Assembly (NCBI GenBank): GCA_900546715.1
Contig: UREA01000002.1
Coordinates: 20,050 to 84,049 of the forward strand
DNA: 64,000 nucleotides
DNA from: an uncultured Mycoplasmatota bacterium
GTDB lineage: Bacteria > Bacillota_I > Bacilli_A > RF39 > UBA660
Reading direction: 5' to 3'
Below are positions 28,797 through 38,820 of the stretch, one piece after another. Position 1 is the first letter of the stretch. Every line of letters begins with the position of its first letter. Below the pieces are notes generated by a model that did not search any database, was not told where the DNA came from, and saw only the letters and a program-made list of their open reading frames with translations. The translations under genes and the position numbers were made by a program.

Positions 28797-30073
28797 ACTT
28801 CCTCCCTATCGTCAATTATACTTTTTTTATCGTTATTTGTAAAGATATTTTGATGATTTGTATGTAAATTTACCTTACCTTTATTTATAGAATAATCATA
28901 AGCATCTCTTATCTCTGGATTCAAATAACTTTCTTTTATTTTTAGACGACTATCTTCATTATACATACTTTTAATTCTTTCTTTTCGAATATTATCCATA
29001 TCTTTAATGGCCACCATTGGTTGGCCGCCACCACCAATACATCCTCCAGGACAAGCCATAACTTCAACAAAATCATATTTTCTCAAATCATCATAATGCT
29101 CACTAACTGTTTTTACTTTGCTAATTGAAGCAACATGCAATTTATATTTTTTCATATCCACATAAGTTTCTTTAAATTCATTATCTCCCCGAATTGATTC
29201 CAATTTATAAAATTCTTCTGGTGCCTTCTCTTTATTAATCATATAATATGCAGTTCTTAAAACTGATTCTGTCACTCCCCCAGAAGCTCCGAAAATTAAA
29301 CCTCCACCAGATCCTTTTCCTAACAATTTATCAAATTCACTATCCCTTAAGTTTTTAAAATCAATACCCAATTCTTTGATCATAAATACAAGTTCACTTG
29401 TTGTAATTACAAAATCAGTATCAGGATAAATTACTCTTTCACTCTTTTTAGAAACACATGGAGTTAAAGAAACAGACACTATATTATCTTTATCTATTTC
29501 ATACATTTCTGCAAAATATGTTTTAATCATCGCTGCTTGCATTGCTATTGGACTTTTACAAGTGCTAAGTTTTGGTATATCTTCCTCATGATATTTATGC
29601 ATATATAATACCCATGAAGGGCAACAACTAGTAAACATTGGAGTATTTTTATTTTTTAATCTTTCTACTAATTCCGTTGCTTCTTCCATAATTGTTAAAT
29701 CAGCTCCAAAAGTAACATCGAATACAAAATCAAAGCCAATCTTTTTTAAAGCACTAACCAGTTTTCCTTCCAAAAATGATCCTGGAGCAAATCCAAATGC
29801 ATCACCAATAGCAACTCTTACTGCGGGGGCCACAAAAACAACTACTGTTTTATCAGTATCATTAATATAATTTAAAACTTCTCGATAATTATATTTAGGA
29901 ATCAATGCTCCAGTTGGACAAGTCATTATACACTGCCCACAATTAATACAATCATCACCTATATGATTAATACTTTCACATGTTCTTTTGCACATACCAC
30001 AGTTGATGCATCTCTCTTCAATTCTATCTATACTAACATTTTCCTTACTTATTTCAATTCTATTACTCATCAT
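28790..30073 (-). CDS. hydA: [FeFe]-hydrogenase catalytic subunit (short, 2x[4Fe-4S] + H-cluster domain)
   Basis: Two CxxCxxCxxxC ferredoxin motifs. H-cluster signatures FTSCCPSW, TPCVSKK and EVMACPGGCIGGGGQP. Confidence 0.85.
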   Translation of the reverse strand: MMSNRIEISKENVSIDRIEERCINCGMCKRTCESINHIGDDCINCGQCIMTCPTGALIPKYNYREVLNYINDTDKTVVVFVAPAVRVAIGDAFGFAPGSFLEGKLVSALKKIGFDFVFDVTFGADLTIMEEATELVERLKNKNTPMFTSCCPSWVLYMHKYHEEDIPKLSTCKSPIAMQAAMIKTYFAEMYEIDKDNIVSVSLTPCVSKKSERVIYPDTDFVITTSELVFMIKELGIDFKNLRDSEFDKLLGKGSGGGLIFGASGGVTESVLRTAYYMINKEKAPEEFYKLESIRGDNEFKETYVDMKKYKLHVASISKVKTVSEHYDDLRKYDFVEVMACPGGCIGGGGQPMVAIKDMDNIRKERIKSMYNEDSRLKIKESYLNPEIRDAYDYSINKGKVNLHTNHQNIFTNNDKKSIIDDREEVC

Positions 30074-30624
30074 TCATTCTTAGCAAAGACCTTATAAGCT
30101 TTAACCAGTCTTACTAATATCTCCTTCTCATCCACTATTAATTCATTGGTAGCAATTAAAGTTGCTAAACCATTTGCATAAAGCCATAAATTCATAAACA
30201 ATGTTTTAGCCTCATCAAAACTATATCCATGTTTATTAACTAAATTTATAATCGTTGATTGATTCCATTTTTCATCTAATACATTTTCAAAACTTTTCCA
30301 TTTTAAATTATTACTTAAAAATAAACTAATAAACAAATTCTTATATTCTTGAGCAAATTCAACATAAGCAATACATAATGTTATTAATGCTTTTTTATTA
30401 TCTACTCTACTTGTTATAAATTCATCATATTGTCTAGATATCTCTTTATATATATCACTTTTAATCTCATCCATATTATTATAAATACGGTACAAAGGTT
30501 TAGTTGAAACCCCTAATTTTTTGGCAAGACTTCGAGCATTAACGCTATCCCATCCATCATCGTTTACCATTTTTACTGCAACCTTTACAATGACATCTTT
30601 ACTTAACTCAATCGTAGCAGGCAT
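30070..30624 (-). CDS. TetR/AcrR-family transcriptional regulator
   Basis: 184 aa with an N-terminal TetR-type HTH (SVNARSLAKKLGVSTKPLYRIY). Its stop overlaps the hydA start (ATGA). Confidence 0.75.
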   Translation of the reverse strand: MPATIELSKDVIVKVAVKMVNDDGWDSVNARSLAKKLGVSTKPLYRIYNNMDEIKSDIYKEISRQYDEFITSRVDNKKALITLCIAYVEFAQEYKNLFISLFLSNNLKWKSFENVLDEKWNQSTIINLVNKHGYSFDEAKTLFMNLWLYANGLATLIATNELIVDEKEILVRLVKAYKVFAKNE

Positions 30625-30781
30625 ATAATCACTCTCCTAACTATTGGTAACTTATGTTTCTATTATATCACATTTATTTTTAAGATAAAAGTAGTTTAAA
30701 AAAATTTAAAGAAAAAATAAATTAAATTTATTGACTTATAAATAAATAAACAGTAATATAATATTTAAGGAGTAGTGATAT

Positions 30782-31636
30782 ATGAAAAGATTACTTAAAT
30801 TATTTAGTATTGGTATTTGTTTTATACCTATGGTTGCTAATGCAACTTTAGAGGCACCCGACTATGAAATATTGTGGGGATATATTGAAGATAATACTTG
30901 TGGAATTGGTTCAGTGTCTGGTAAAATTGAACTTACTAGTTACTCTTGTGTTAATAAACCAAGTGGAGAGGAAGAATTAATTGCTACATTTACCAGAGAT
31001 GATAATACTTTAATATTTGAAAATAATAAGAGCACTTATAACTATGGTGGTCCAGGTGAAGAAAGTACAATAACTACTAATGGTAATAATGAAATTGCAG
31101 TATTATATAGTGATAAGTATATTATTAATGGTAATGGTTCTTTAAAAATTGATGGACTTTATAGTAGTGAAAATACATTAGATGAAAATAATAATCAATT
31201 ATATTATGTGGTATTTAATGATATTGATGGTAAACAATATGTTGTTCTAAATGAAGATGGAACTAAATTCTTAGTTACATCAAAAGAAGATTTTGAATCA
31301 AAATTTGAAAGTGTTAAAGAATATAATGAAGCATTAGAAAATATAGAATATGATGAAAATGCCTACTTTATAAATCCTCATTATCATGTTGTTCCTTTAG
31401 CAATTACAGAAGATTGGGTAAATAATAATATAACTACTGATTTAAAAGTTACTTATAATGATGATGGTTCTGTATTAATTGGAGAAATTCAAACAAATAT
31501 AGATAATGAAACAAGTAAAAATACTAACGATGAAGAAAAAGAAAGTAATAGTAATTTAAATATTCCAATAGCTATTGGTGTTGGAGCCATAATTGGTATT
31601 GGAATAACAGTAATTTTATTTAAGAAAAGAAAATAG
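30782..31636 (+). CDS. secreted hypothetical protein with C-terminal membrane anchor
   Basis: 284 aa. Signal peptide, Asn/Asp/Glu-rich body, and terminal helix followed by KKRK. Confidence 0.55.
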   Translation: MKRLLKLFSIGICFIPMVANATLEAPDYEILWGYIEDNTCGIGSVSGKIELTSYSCVNKPSGEEELIATFTRDDNTLIFENNKSTYNYGGPGEESTITTNGNNEIAVLYSDKYIINGNGSLKIDGLYSSENTLDENNNQLYYVVFNDIDGKQYVVLNEDGTKFLVTSKEDFESKFESVKEYNEALENIEYDENAYFINPHYHVVPLAITEDWVNNNITTDLKVTYNDDGSVLIGEIQTNIDNETSKNTNDEEKESNSNLNIPIAIGVGAIIGIGITVILFKKRK

Positions 31637-31644
31637 AAAACACA

Positions 31645-34299
31645 TTAACTGCGTTTTCTATTTTTTATAGCTTTAAATATTTCCATAACAAGTATTATTA
31701 TAGTAGATGCTAGGAATAATACAATCATATGAGGTATTGGAACAGTTGTAGTATTTAAAAAATCACTTAAGAATGGAACTTCCATAACTATAACTTGTAA
31801 AATTATAGCTCCGATGATTGTTGCAATAATTAACGGATTAGTTTTAATATGCATTTTAAATACACTTGTTTTTTCACTACGACAATTAAGAACATGCATA
31901 TTTTGTAAAAATACCATAAGTACCATGATATAACCGCGTGCTAAGTGGATTTCAACATTCATTACATTGATTAAATAGTACCATGTTATAAAGACTATTA
32001 AACCAATAAATAAGCCCGCAACTAAAACTTCTTGCATTAATTCTTTATTAAATATAGATTCTTTAGGACTTCTTGGTTTTTCCTTCATTGTTCCTTCTTC
32101 GGTTTTCTCAAAAGATAAGGCAAAGTCTTGAAGACCATCAGTAACTATATTTAACCATAAAAGTTGAATTGCAACCAGAGGCATTGGTAAATTAAATATT
32201 ATTGATAAACAGAAGAATAACACTTCAGCAAGACCACAAGAAAGTAACATATAACTTACTTTTCTAATGTTCGCATAAGCAGTTCTTCCTTCTTCAATTC
32301 CACTTACTATAGAAGTGAAGTTATCATTTAAAATGATCATATTGGCAGTTTCTTTAGCAACATCAGTACCACTACCCATAGCAATACCAATATTAGCACT
32401 TTTAATAGCTGGTGCATCATTTACGCCATCCCCTGTAACAGCTACAAATTCCCCTTGCTTCTTTAATGAATCAATAATAGCTAATTTATCTAAAGGTGTA
32501 ACTCTGGCAAATACTTTTTTATCCTTAATAAATTCTGCAAAACTTTTTTCGCCTTTTTTAAGTTCTCTTTCTACTTCTTCACCTGTTGCTACTTCAAATT
32601 CACTAGTAACAAGTTCTAAATCTTTGGCAATTTTTAAAGCTGTTAGAGGATGATCTCCAGTAATCATAATAACTTTTATACCGGCATTATGACAATCTTT
32701 TATAGATTCTTTTGCTTCTTCTCTAATTGGGTCAATAAAACCAACTAAACCTAGAACTGTCATGTTTTTTAAATATTCTTCATCATAATTATCTTTTTTA
32801 GAAAAATTAAATACTTCGCCATCACAAATTGCTATAACGCGGTAGCCATCCTTAGCTAAGCTCTCATTTTGTTCTTGTAGCAAGGATTCATCTAATTTTT
32901 CCCTTTTACCATCAACTAGCATATATTTAGAAAATTCTAGTATTTTTTCTAATGATCCTTTAACTGTACAATAAACAGACTCCTCTTTTTCATAAAACAC
33001 TGCTGAATATTTGTTTTGAGACTCATAAGGTATTCGGTCAATTGCTTTGATGCTATCTACATTTACTTGAGCTTTTTTGCTTAAAGCCAGAAATGCTATA
33101 TCGATAGAATCTCCAAAACTTATCCATTTGCCATCTTCAAATTTTAATTCTGCTTCGGTATTTAAGGCTCCAAGTAAGGCAATATTATTTGTCTCATTAT
33201 TACTATTATTTATTTCTCCTTTATCACTATAACCAATACCAGTTATATCAAATTCCTTTTTATTTGGTGTAACTATTTTTTTAGCAGTTTGCTTATTAAT
33301 TGTTAAAGTTCCCGTTTTATCACTTGCTATAACAGTACAACTACCAAGTGATTCAACAGAATTTAATTTTTTAACAACAACATTTTTCTTAGCCATTTTA
33401 TTGGATGCTATAGTAAGAGCCATAGTTAAGGCTAAAGGTAATCCCTCAGGCATTGCTGAAACTGCTAAAGCGATTACAGATAAAAATATTTCTGTGCCAG
33501 ACACACCTTTTGTAAATAATATTAAAGCTATTATAATAGCAATTATTATAACTAGTAAACTTATTTGTTTTGAAAATTTATTCATTCTAATAGTTAGTGG
33601 AGATGCTTCATCTTTAGACTTAGATACACTATCAGCAATTTTTCCAATTTCAGTGTTAAGAGCAATACCTACTACTACTCCTTTAGCTCTACCTGTTGTT
33701 ACTGTAGAACCAGCAAAAACCATGTTTTTTTGATCTGATAAACCAGTTTCACCTTCTAATTTAGCTGTTGTTTTAGTAACGCTAACACTTTCACCAGTAA
33801 GTATCGATTCATCAATTTGTAAATTATGAGCTTCAATTAATCTTAAATCAGCACTAACTTGATCTCCGGATTCAAGTAGGACAATATCCCCAATAGTTAC
33901 TTCACTAGAATCAATTTCAACTTCCTCATTATCTCTTAATACTATTACTCTATCTTTAATTAAGTTTTGCAAACTTTCTGCAGTTTTTTCTGCTTTCCAT
34001 TCTTGAAAAGTTCCTAAAATTAAATCTACTAAAATAATAAATATAATAGCACAAGCATCAACTATTTCTCCAATAATAAAGGAAAAAACAACAGTTACTA
34101 CCAATAATAAAACAATAGGGTCTGTAAGTTGCCTAAATAATATTTTAAATATACTATCACTTTTTTTCTTAGGCAAAATATTTAAACCATATTGTTTTTG
34201 TCTTTTTTTAGCTTCTTTGCTACTCAAACCATTTATATTACTATTTAATGCTTTTATTACTTCTTTAGAATCTTTCAAATACCATATATCTTCTTGCAT
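31645..34299 (-). CDS. P-type cation-transporting ATPase (P2, Ca2+-type)
   Basis: 884 aa. DKTGTLT phosphorylation site, TGDHPLTA, GDGVNDAPA, and PEGLP in TM4. Confidence 0.9.
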   Translation of the reverse strand: MQEDIWYLKDSKEVIKALNSNINGLSSKEAKKRQKQYGLNILPKKKSDSIFKILFRQLTDPIVLLLVVTVVFSFIIGEIVDACAIIFIILVDLILGTFQEWKAEKTAESLQNLIKDRVIVLRDNEEVEIDSSEVTIGDIVLLESGDQVSADLRLIEAHNLQIDESILTGESVSVTKTTAKLEGETGLSDQKNMVFAGSTVTTGRAKGVVVGIALNTEIGKIADSVSKSKDEASPLTIRMNKFSKQISLLVIIIAIIIALILFTKGVSGTEIFLSVIALAVSAMPEGLPLALTMALTIASNKMAKKNVVVKKLNSVESLGSCTVIASDKTGTLTINKQTAKKIVTPNKKEFDITGIGYSDKGEINNSNNETNNIALLGALNTEAELKFEDGKWISFGDSIDIAFLALSKKAQVNVDSIKAIDRIPYESQNKYSAVFYEKEESVYCTVKGSLEKILEFSKYMLVDGKREKLDESLLQEQNESLAKDGYRVIAICDGEVFNFSKKDNYDEEYLKNMTVLGLVGFIDPIREEAKESIKDCHNAGIKVIMITGDHPLTALKIAKDLELVTSEFEVATGEEVERELKKGEKSFAEFIKDKKVFARVTPLDKLAIIDSLKKQGEFVAVTGDGVNDAPAIKSANIGIAMGSGTDVAKETANMIILNDNFTSIVSGIEEGRTAYANIRKVSYMLLSCGLAEVLFFCLSIIFNLPMPLVAIQLLWLNIVTDGLQDFALSFEKTEEGTMKEKPRSPKESIFNKELMQEVLVAGLFIGLIVFITWYYLINVMNVEIHLARGYIMVLMVFLQNMHVLNCRSEKTSVFKMHIKTNPLIIATIIGAIILQVIVMEVPFLSDFLNTTTVPIPHMIVLFLASTIIILVMEIFKAIKNRKRS

Positions 34300-34463
34300 T
34301 TATTACCTCGTCATTCTATCTTAATCGTATCATATAATGTGCATTTGTGTAAAGATTTATACATTACATTGACACTTAATTGTCATATTTGTTAAGAAGT
34401 TTTATCGGTAATTACCCAAAAGTTTACAAACAACAAAATAGCTTTTATCATATAGAAATAAAC

Positions 34464-34488
34464 AAAATGCCATTTTTTCGAGGGAAAA
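34464..34488. repeat. single copy of 25-bp repeat AAAATGCCATTTTTTCGAGGGAAAA
   Basis: Perfectly identical to 36675-36699, in the same orientation. Lies 10 nt downstream of the ttcA-like stop codon. Confidence 0.85.
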
Positions 34489-34498
34489 CTATAAAACA

Positions 34499-35296
34499 CT
34501 AATCATAATCATCATAATAATTATGTCTTTTATCATAATCATAATAACCCATTACTTGATTAATATTAATATTTTCTACACTTTTAAATATATTATATTC
34601 AATATATTTATTTGTCTTTCTTAAGTTTTTAATTAATTCTTTTATCTCAGCTCTTTTAGAGTCTTCAATCTTTAATGGACAAGCACAATTAATAAACTTA
34701 AGTTCATTATAATTTACCCAATTAATTATACTTGCTTCTCTTACTAAATATAATGGTCTAATAAGTTCCATTCCTGGAAAGTTTTTACTTTTAATCTTAG
34801 GTAACATACTAACTATTTCCCCATTATAAAACATTCCAAGTAATATTGTTTCAATAACATCATTATAATGATGACCTAAAGCTATTTTATTACAACCTAA
34901 ATCCCCAGCAATTTTATAAAGATGACCTCTTCGCATTCTCGCACACATGTAACATGGTGATTTTAAATCCATATTTTTTAGAGATTCAAATATATTACTA
35001 TTATATACTTTAATTGGTACACCAAGAATATCGGCATTCTTTTTTACTATTTCAATATTTTTGTCACTATAACCAGGATCCATAACAATAAATTCTAATT
35101 CAAATTTAATCTTGCCATGTTTCTTTATTTCTTGCATACATTTAGCCAGTAAAAATGAATCTTTACCACCACTTATGCATACTGCTATTTTATCGCCATC
35201 CTTAATTAAATTATATTCTGTAACAGCTTTAGTAAATTTACGCCATATATCTTTACGATATGTTTTTATAATACTTCTTTCAATATCACTTTGCAT
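34499..35296 (-). CDS. ttcA: TtcA-family PP-loop ATPase (tRNA 2-thiocytidine synthetase-like)
   Basis: SGGKDS PP-loop, PCYMCARMRRG, LGHHYNDVIET and C-terminal NCACP. Start set at the ATG after AGGTGG, which overlaps the upstream gene's stop. Confidence 0.75.
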   Translation of the reverse strand: MQSDIERSIIKTYRKDIWRKFTKAVTEYNLIKDGDKIAVCISGGKDSFLLAKCMQEIKKHGKIKFELEFIVMDPGYSDKNIEIVKKNADILGVPIKVYNSNIFESLKNMDLKSPCYMCARMRRGHLYKIAGDLGCNKIALGHHYNDVIETILLGMFYNGEIVSMLPKIKSKNFPGMELIRPLYLVREASIINWVNYNELKFINCACPLKIEDSKRAEIKELIKNLRKTNKYIEYNIFKSVENININQVMGYYDYDKRHNYYDDYD

Positions 35297-35305
35297 TAAA
35301 ACCAC

Positions 35306-36610
35306 CTATTTTACACAAAAAACCGCATAAAGAGGAATAGATTTTATATTGTTTTCAAAACCAAAATTTCTAGTTGAAAATCTTATAGCATATTTAGGTT
35401 TATTTTGCTCAATATATACATTTAAGCTTTTTGATTTATTATTAATTCCACTTTTTACTTCAATAGGTATGATACCTTCATCATTAGTAGATAATAAAAA
35501 ATCAACCTCAGCATTTCCATCGGATTCCCAATAATATAAAGAAATCTCTTTACTAGCAAATTCTTGGGCTATATAATTTTCTGTAAGAACACCTTTAAAA
35601 ATATAATCTTCATCAAGTATTATTTGATTTAATTTAATTTCACTAATATTAGTAAGCAACCCAACATCACTTAAATATAACTTAAATGTATTTTTATCTA
35701 TAAAATATTTCATTGGATCTTGAACTTTGCTTATTTTATTAGCCATTAAAACTAATTTAGAAGCAATTAACCATTCTATAGCACTTTTATATTTTCTTCC
35801 TCTAGCATTTTCTTCCAAAACTGTGTATTGAAAATTTTTATTTTCTTTTGCTAGTTGTTCAGGGATACTGTTATATACAGTTTCAATTTTCACTGATTCA
35901 TTTTTATTTTCTAAATATTTATTCATATCTGCCATATAAGCAATTTTAATATCTGATAAAATATTTTGATTAAATTTTAATATATCTAATTCATTATTTA
36001 CAAAATTATTTATAGCTTCAGGCATACCACCAACACAAAGATACTCATGATATAATCTTATTGCCTCATCATGACCAAATTTTGGCATCGGAGACATTGT
36101 TTTATAACACTCTACTATTTTATCTCTCAACATTTCCTTACCAACAGCTATTAAAAATTCTTCAAAATTAAGAGGATACATATATTTAATTTCAACTTTA
36201 CCAACAGGAAAAGAACTATTAAATCTCTTTAATTTAACTCCAAGTAAAGAACCGGCACAAATTATTTTATAAGGTTTAGAAGATTCACAAAAATATTTTA
36301 AAGAAGTAATTAACCTTTCACTTTCTTGTACTTCATCAAAAAAAATTATCGTTTTATCTAAATCAATCTTTTTATTAAGATACAATTCTAGTTCTCTAAC
36401 TACTTCTTCATCATCAATAGATTTTTCAAAAATATTTTTAACAGCTTCTTCTTTTTCAACATTAAACATCAAATGTTCTTCAAAATTTTCATTAATAAAT
36501 TTTTCTATTGTATAGGTTTTCCCTATTTGTCTTGCTCCAATAACCATTAATGGCTTTTTCATACCATTATTTTTCCATTCCATTAATTTTTCTTCAAATT
36601 GTCTTTTCAT
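35306..36610 (-). CDS. AAA+ ATPase of the AAA_14/DUF4143 (COG1373-like) type
   Basis: About 434 aa. Walker A GARQIGKT and Walker B IIFFDEVQ. The C-terminal region has the restriction-endonuclease-like ending typical of this family (EVDFLL...IPIEVK). Start at MKRQFEE after GGAGGA. Confidence 0.7.
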   Translation of the reverse strand: MKRQFEEKLMEWKNNGMKKPLMVIGARQIGKTYTIEKFINENFEEHLMFNVEKEEAVKNIFEKSIDDEEVVRELELYLNKKIDLDKTIIFFDEVQESERLITSLKYFCESSKPYKIICAGSLLGVKLKRFNSSFPVGKVEIKYMYPLNFEEFLIAVGKEMLRDKIVECYKTMSPMPKFGHDEAIRLYHEYLCVGGMPEAINNFVNNELDILKFNQNILSDIKIAYMADMNKYLENKNESVKIETVYNSIPEQLAKENKNFQYTVLEENARGRKYKSAIEWLIASKLVLMANKISKVQDPMKYFIDKNTFKLYLSDVGLLTNISEIKLNQIILDEDYIFKGVLTENYIAQEFASKEISLYYWESDGNAEVDFLLSTNDEGIIPIEVKSGINNKSKSLNVYIEQNKPKYAIRFSTRNFGFENNIKSIPLYAVFCVK

Positions 36611-36674
36611 ACAGTTTTTCCTCCATATATCAAATTTTAGCATAAATAAGCCAAAAATTCAATGTTTTTTTGAA

Positions 36675-36806
36675 AAAATGCCATTTTTTCGAGGGAAAAT
36701 TATATCGAAAATGCCATTTTTTTGATGGAACTTTATATCAAAAATGCCATTTTTTTGAGGGAACTTTATATCAAAAATGCCATTTTTTTAGACGAAACAT
36801 ACAAAT
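36675..36806. repeat. tandem array, 4 x 33 bp (AAAATGCCATTTTTTYGAGGGAAMWTTATATCR)
   Basis: Unit starts at 36675, 36708, 36741 and 36774. The fourth unit is degenerate. No spacers, so this is not a CRISPR array. Confidence 0.85.
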
Positions 36807-37929
36807 TAGCCATCGACATAATAAGCTCCACCATCAATTATAATGTCCTCTGCACCTTGCATATCATAATTTCCAACAAATATAAAAATATTATCATAAC
36901 TTGGATAAAAAGGATCTCTAAAAGTTAATCCAATATAGTTTGCACTTACACGATTATCAACATTATATTCAGAATCTATAAAATCAAACCAATACATTCC
37001 CGGCTCTGCTTTATATTCATAAATAGTAGAATTAAGCCCTCTGATAGTAAATTCAATCAAATCCTGAGAGGTCGAAGTAGTAAAACTTTTTTCTATAGAT
37101 CTTACATTATTAACATCACTTACATATACTTTTATTGTATAAGATGTTGATGGATTTAATCCGCTAAAAGTATATATATTACTACTTGAACTTGTATATA
37201 CTCCATTATTTATTGAATAATAGTATGTTTGAATATTATTTGTTCCTCCTGTTGCTGATACGCTTACTGTTATTGAATCACTACTTACATTTGTTGCGGT
37301 TACACTATTAACGACCGGATTTACATATATATCTGTCGTTACATTTAATGTATATTCATTTGATTCATAACCTTGTGAATCTACTACATACACTTTAAAT
37401 TTATATGTTGTATTGTCACTTAAGTCGCTAAATGTATAACTAGATGTTGTACTTGTTTCATAACTCAAACCATCATCTTTACTAAAGTAATATGTAGCAA
37501 CAGGATTTTCTCCAGCATCTACTGTTACTGTTAATGTTACACTATTTGTTGTTTTAGTAGCAGTTACATTTGTAATAGTTACTACATTATATAAATCAAA
37601 ATAAACATAACAAGCATCTGATTTATTAGATAAAAGATTTACTATACCTTCTTCTCTATTCCACCTAAGTTCTCCACCATTTTCACATCTGCTTAAAGAC
37701 TCATTAAATGCATAATTTCCACTTGCCATGTATTTGATGTACTTTCTTGATATGTTCCATCTTCTTGTTCTAACATTAATGTTAAAAATGAATTGTTAAC
37801 TATTTTTTTGTTATTTTCCTTCATTACTACTTCATTATTTTGTTTATTTTGACTAATAATTAAAATAATACTACCTATAATAATTAATGTTAATAACACA
37901 CCACTTATCAACAAAATTTTCTTTTTCAT
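36806..37929 (-). pseudogene. frameshifted paralog of the FN3 surface protein with a different C-terminal domain
   Basis: About 85% nucleotide identity by eye to 16700-17596 over ~900 nt. A single-base deletion is present (TGGCAAGTGG vs TGGCCAAGTGGG in the paralog) near 37725. This splits the gene into 97-aa and 307-aa ORFs. Confidence 0.7.
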
Positions 37930-38030
37930 AACTTCACTCCATATACTTATATATATCATTTCAAAACAATTTGTTTTAAAAATCAATAAAACATTTTGTT
38001 TTATTTTAAAATTTAATTGGAGTGAATAAA

Positions 38031-38270
38031 ATGCGAATTAGAGAAATAAGAGAAGATAAAGATTTAACTCAAACAGAAGTTGCTAAAATACTTAATGTAT
38101 CTCAGGTAGCCTATAGTATTTATGAAATAGGAAAAAGACAATTACCAATTGACTTATTAATCAAACTTGCAGAATACTATAACACTTCTACTGATTATTT
38201 ATTAGAATTAACAGATATTAGAGAACCATATCCTGATTCGTTAAAGAAAAAAGAAAACAAAAAGCATTAA
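38031..38270 (+). CDS. XRE-family HTH regulator (paralog of 17714..17953)
   Basis: 79 aa from the ATG after GGAGTGA. MRIREIREDKDLTQTEVAKILNVSQVAYSIYEIGKR. Confidence 0.8.
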   Translation: MRIREIREDKDLTQTEVAKILNVSQVAYSIYEIGKRQLPIDLLIKLAEYYNTSTDYLLELTDIREPYPDSLKKKENKKH

Positions 38271-38307
38271 TCAACTAATCAATGCTTTCTTTATTATCTA
38301 AATATAA

Positions 38308-38475
38308 TTTTGGAGCCAAACCAGATATTCTAAATACGAAGTAGAAACTAATGATATACCAACTGAAGTATTAAAGAAACTAGCTAGGTTTTATAATACT
38401 TCCATTGATTATTTATTATACATGACTGATAATAGATTACCTTATGATAAATCTTTAGTAGAAAAAGAAAAGTAA
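38308..38475 (+). pseudogene. 5'-truncated third copy of the XRE regulator
   Basis: In-frame remnant ...QTRYSKYEVETNDIPTEVLKKLARFYNTSIDYLLYMTDNRLPYDKSLVEKEK-stop. No start codon and no N-terminal HTH half. Confidence 0.6.
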
Positions 38476-38478
38476 TGC

Positions 38479-38820
38479 TTAACCAACATTACTTTTCTTT
38501 TTCAAATATAACCTTTCTTTATCTCTAGCATTTTCTTCTCTTATATCTATATTTTCAACATATACACAACCAAGTTCATTAAATAACTCATAAGCGTGAT
38601 AATATTCATGAATATTTATAAGTAGACACTTTTCATTAAGAAATTCCGGAACAATAATTCTGATATCTTTAATAATTTCGTTATCATCAAGTATTGTAAT
38701 ACAAGCCCAAGGAAAATCTTCTACAGGATATCTATGAACTTTGCCTTTAATGAATGAGAAGAATTCACTACTTCCAAAGTTTAAACTTAATAAGAGCTCT
38801 TGAAAAGTTTCTTCATTCAT
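38479..38820 (-). CDS. hypothetical small protein with HExxH motif, translationally coupled to pheT
   Basis: 113 aa. Its ATG shares one base with the pheT TAA (TAATG). Contains IHEYYHAYE. Confidence 0.5.
   Translation of the reverse strand: MNEETFQELLLSLNFGSSEFFSFIKGKVHRYPVEDFPWACITILDDNEIIKDIRIIVPEFLNEKCLLINIHEYYHAYELFNELGCVYVENIDIREENARDKERLYLKKKSNVG

Noticed and set aside
34366-34388. Palindrome TTGACActtaatTGTCAT upstream of the P-type ATPase as a possible metal-regulator operator.
   Set aside because: The half-sites are short and imperfect, overlap a plausible -35 hexamer, and have no adjacent regulator gene.
36675-36806. The 33-bp repeats could be a CRISPR array.
   Set aside because: The units are directly tandem with no spacers, there are only four copies, and no cas genes are present.
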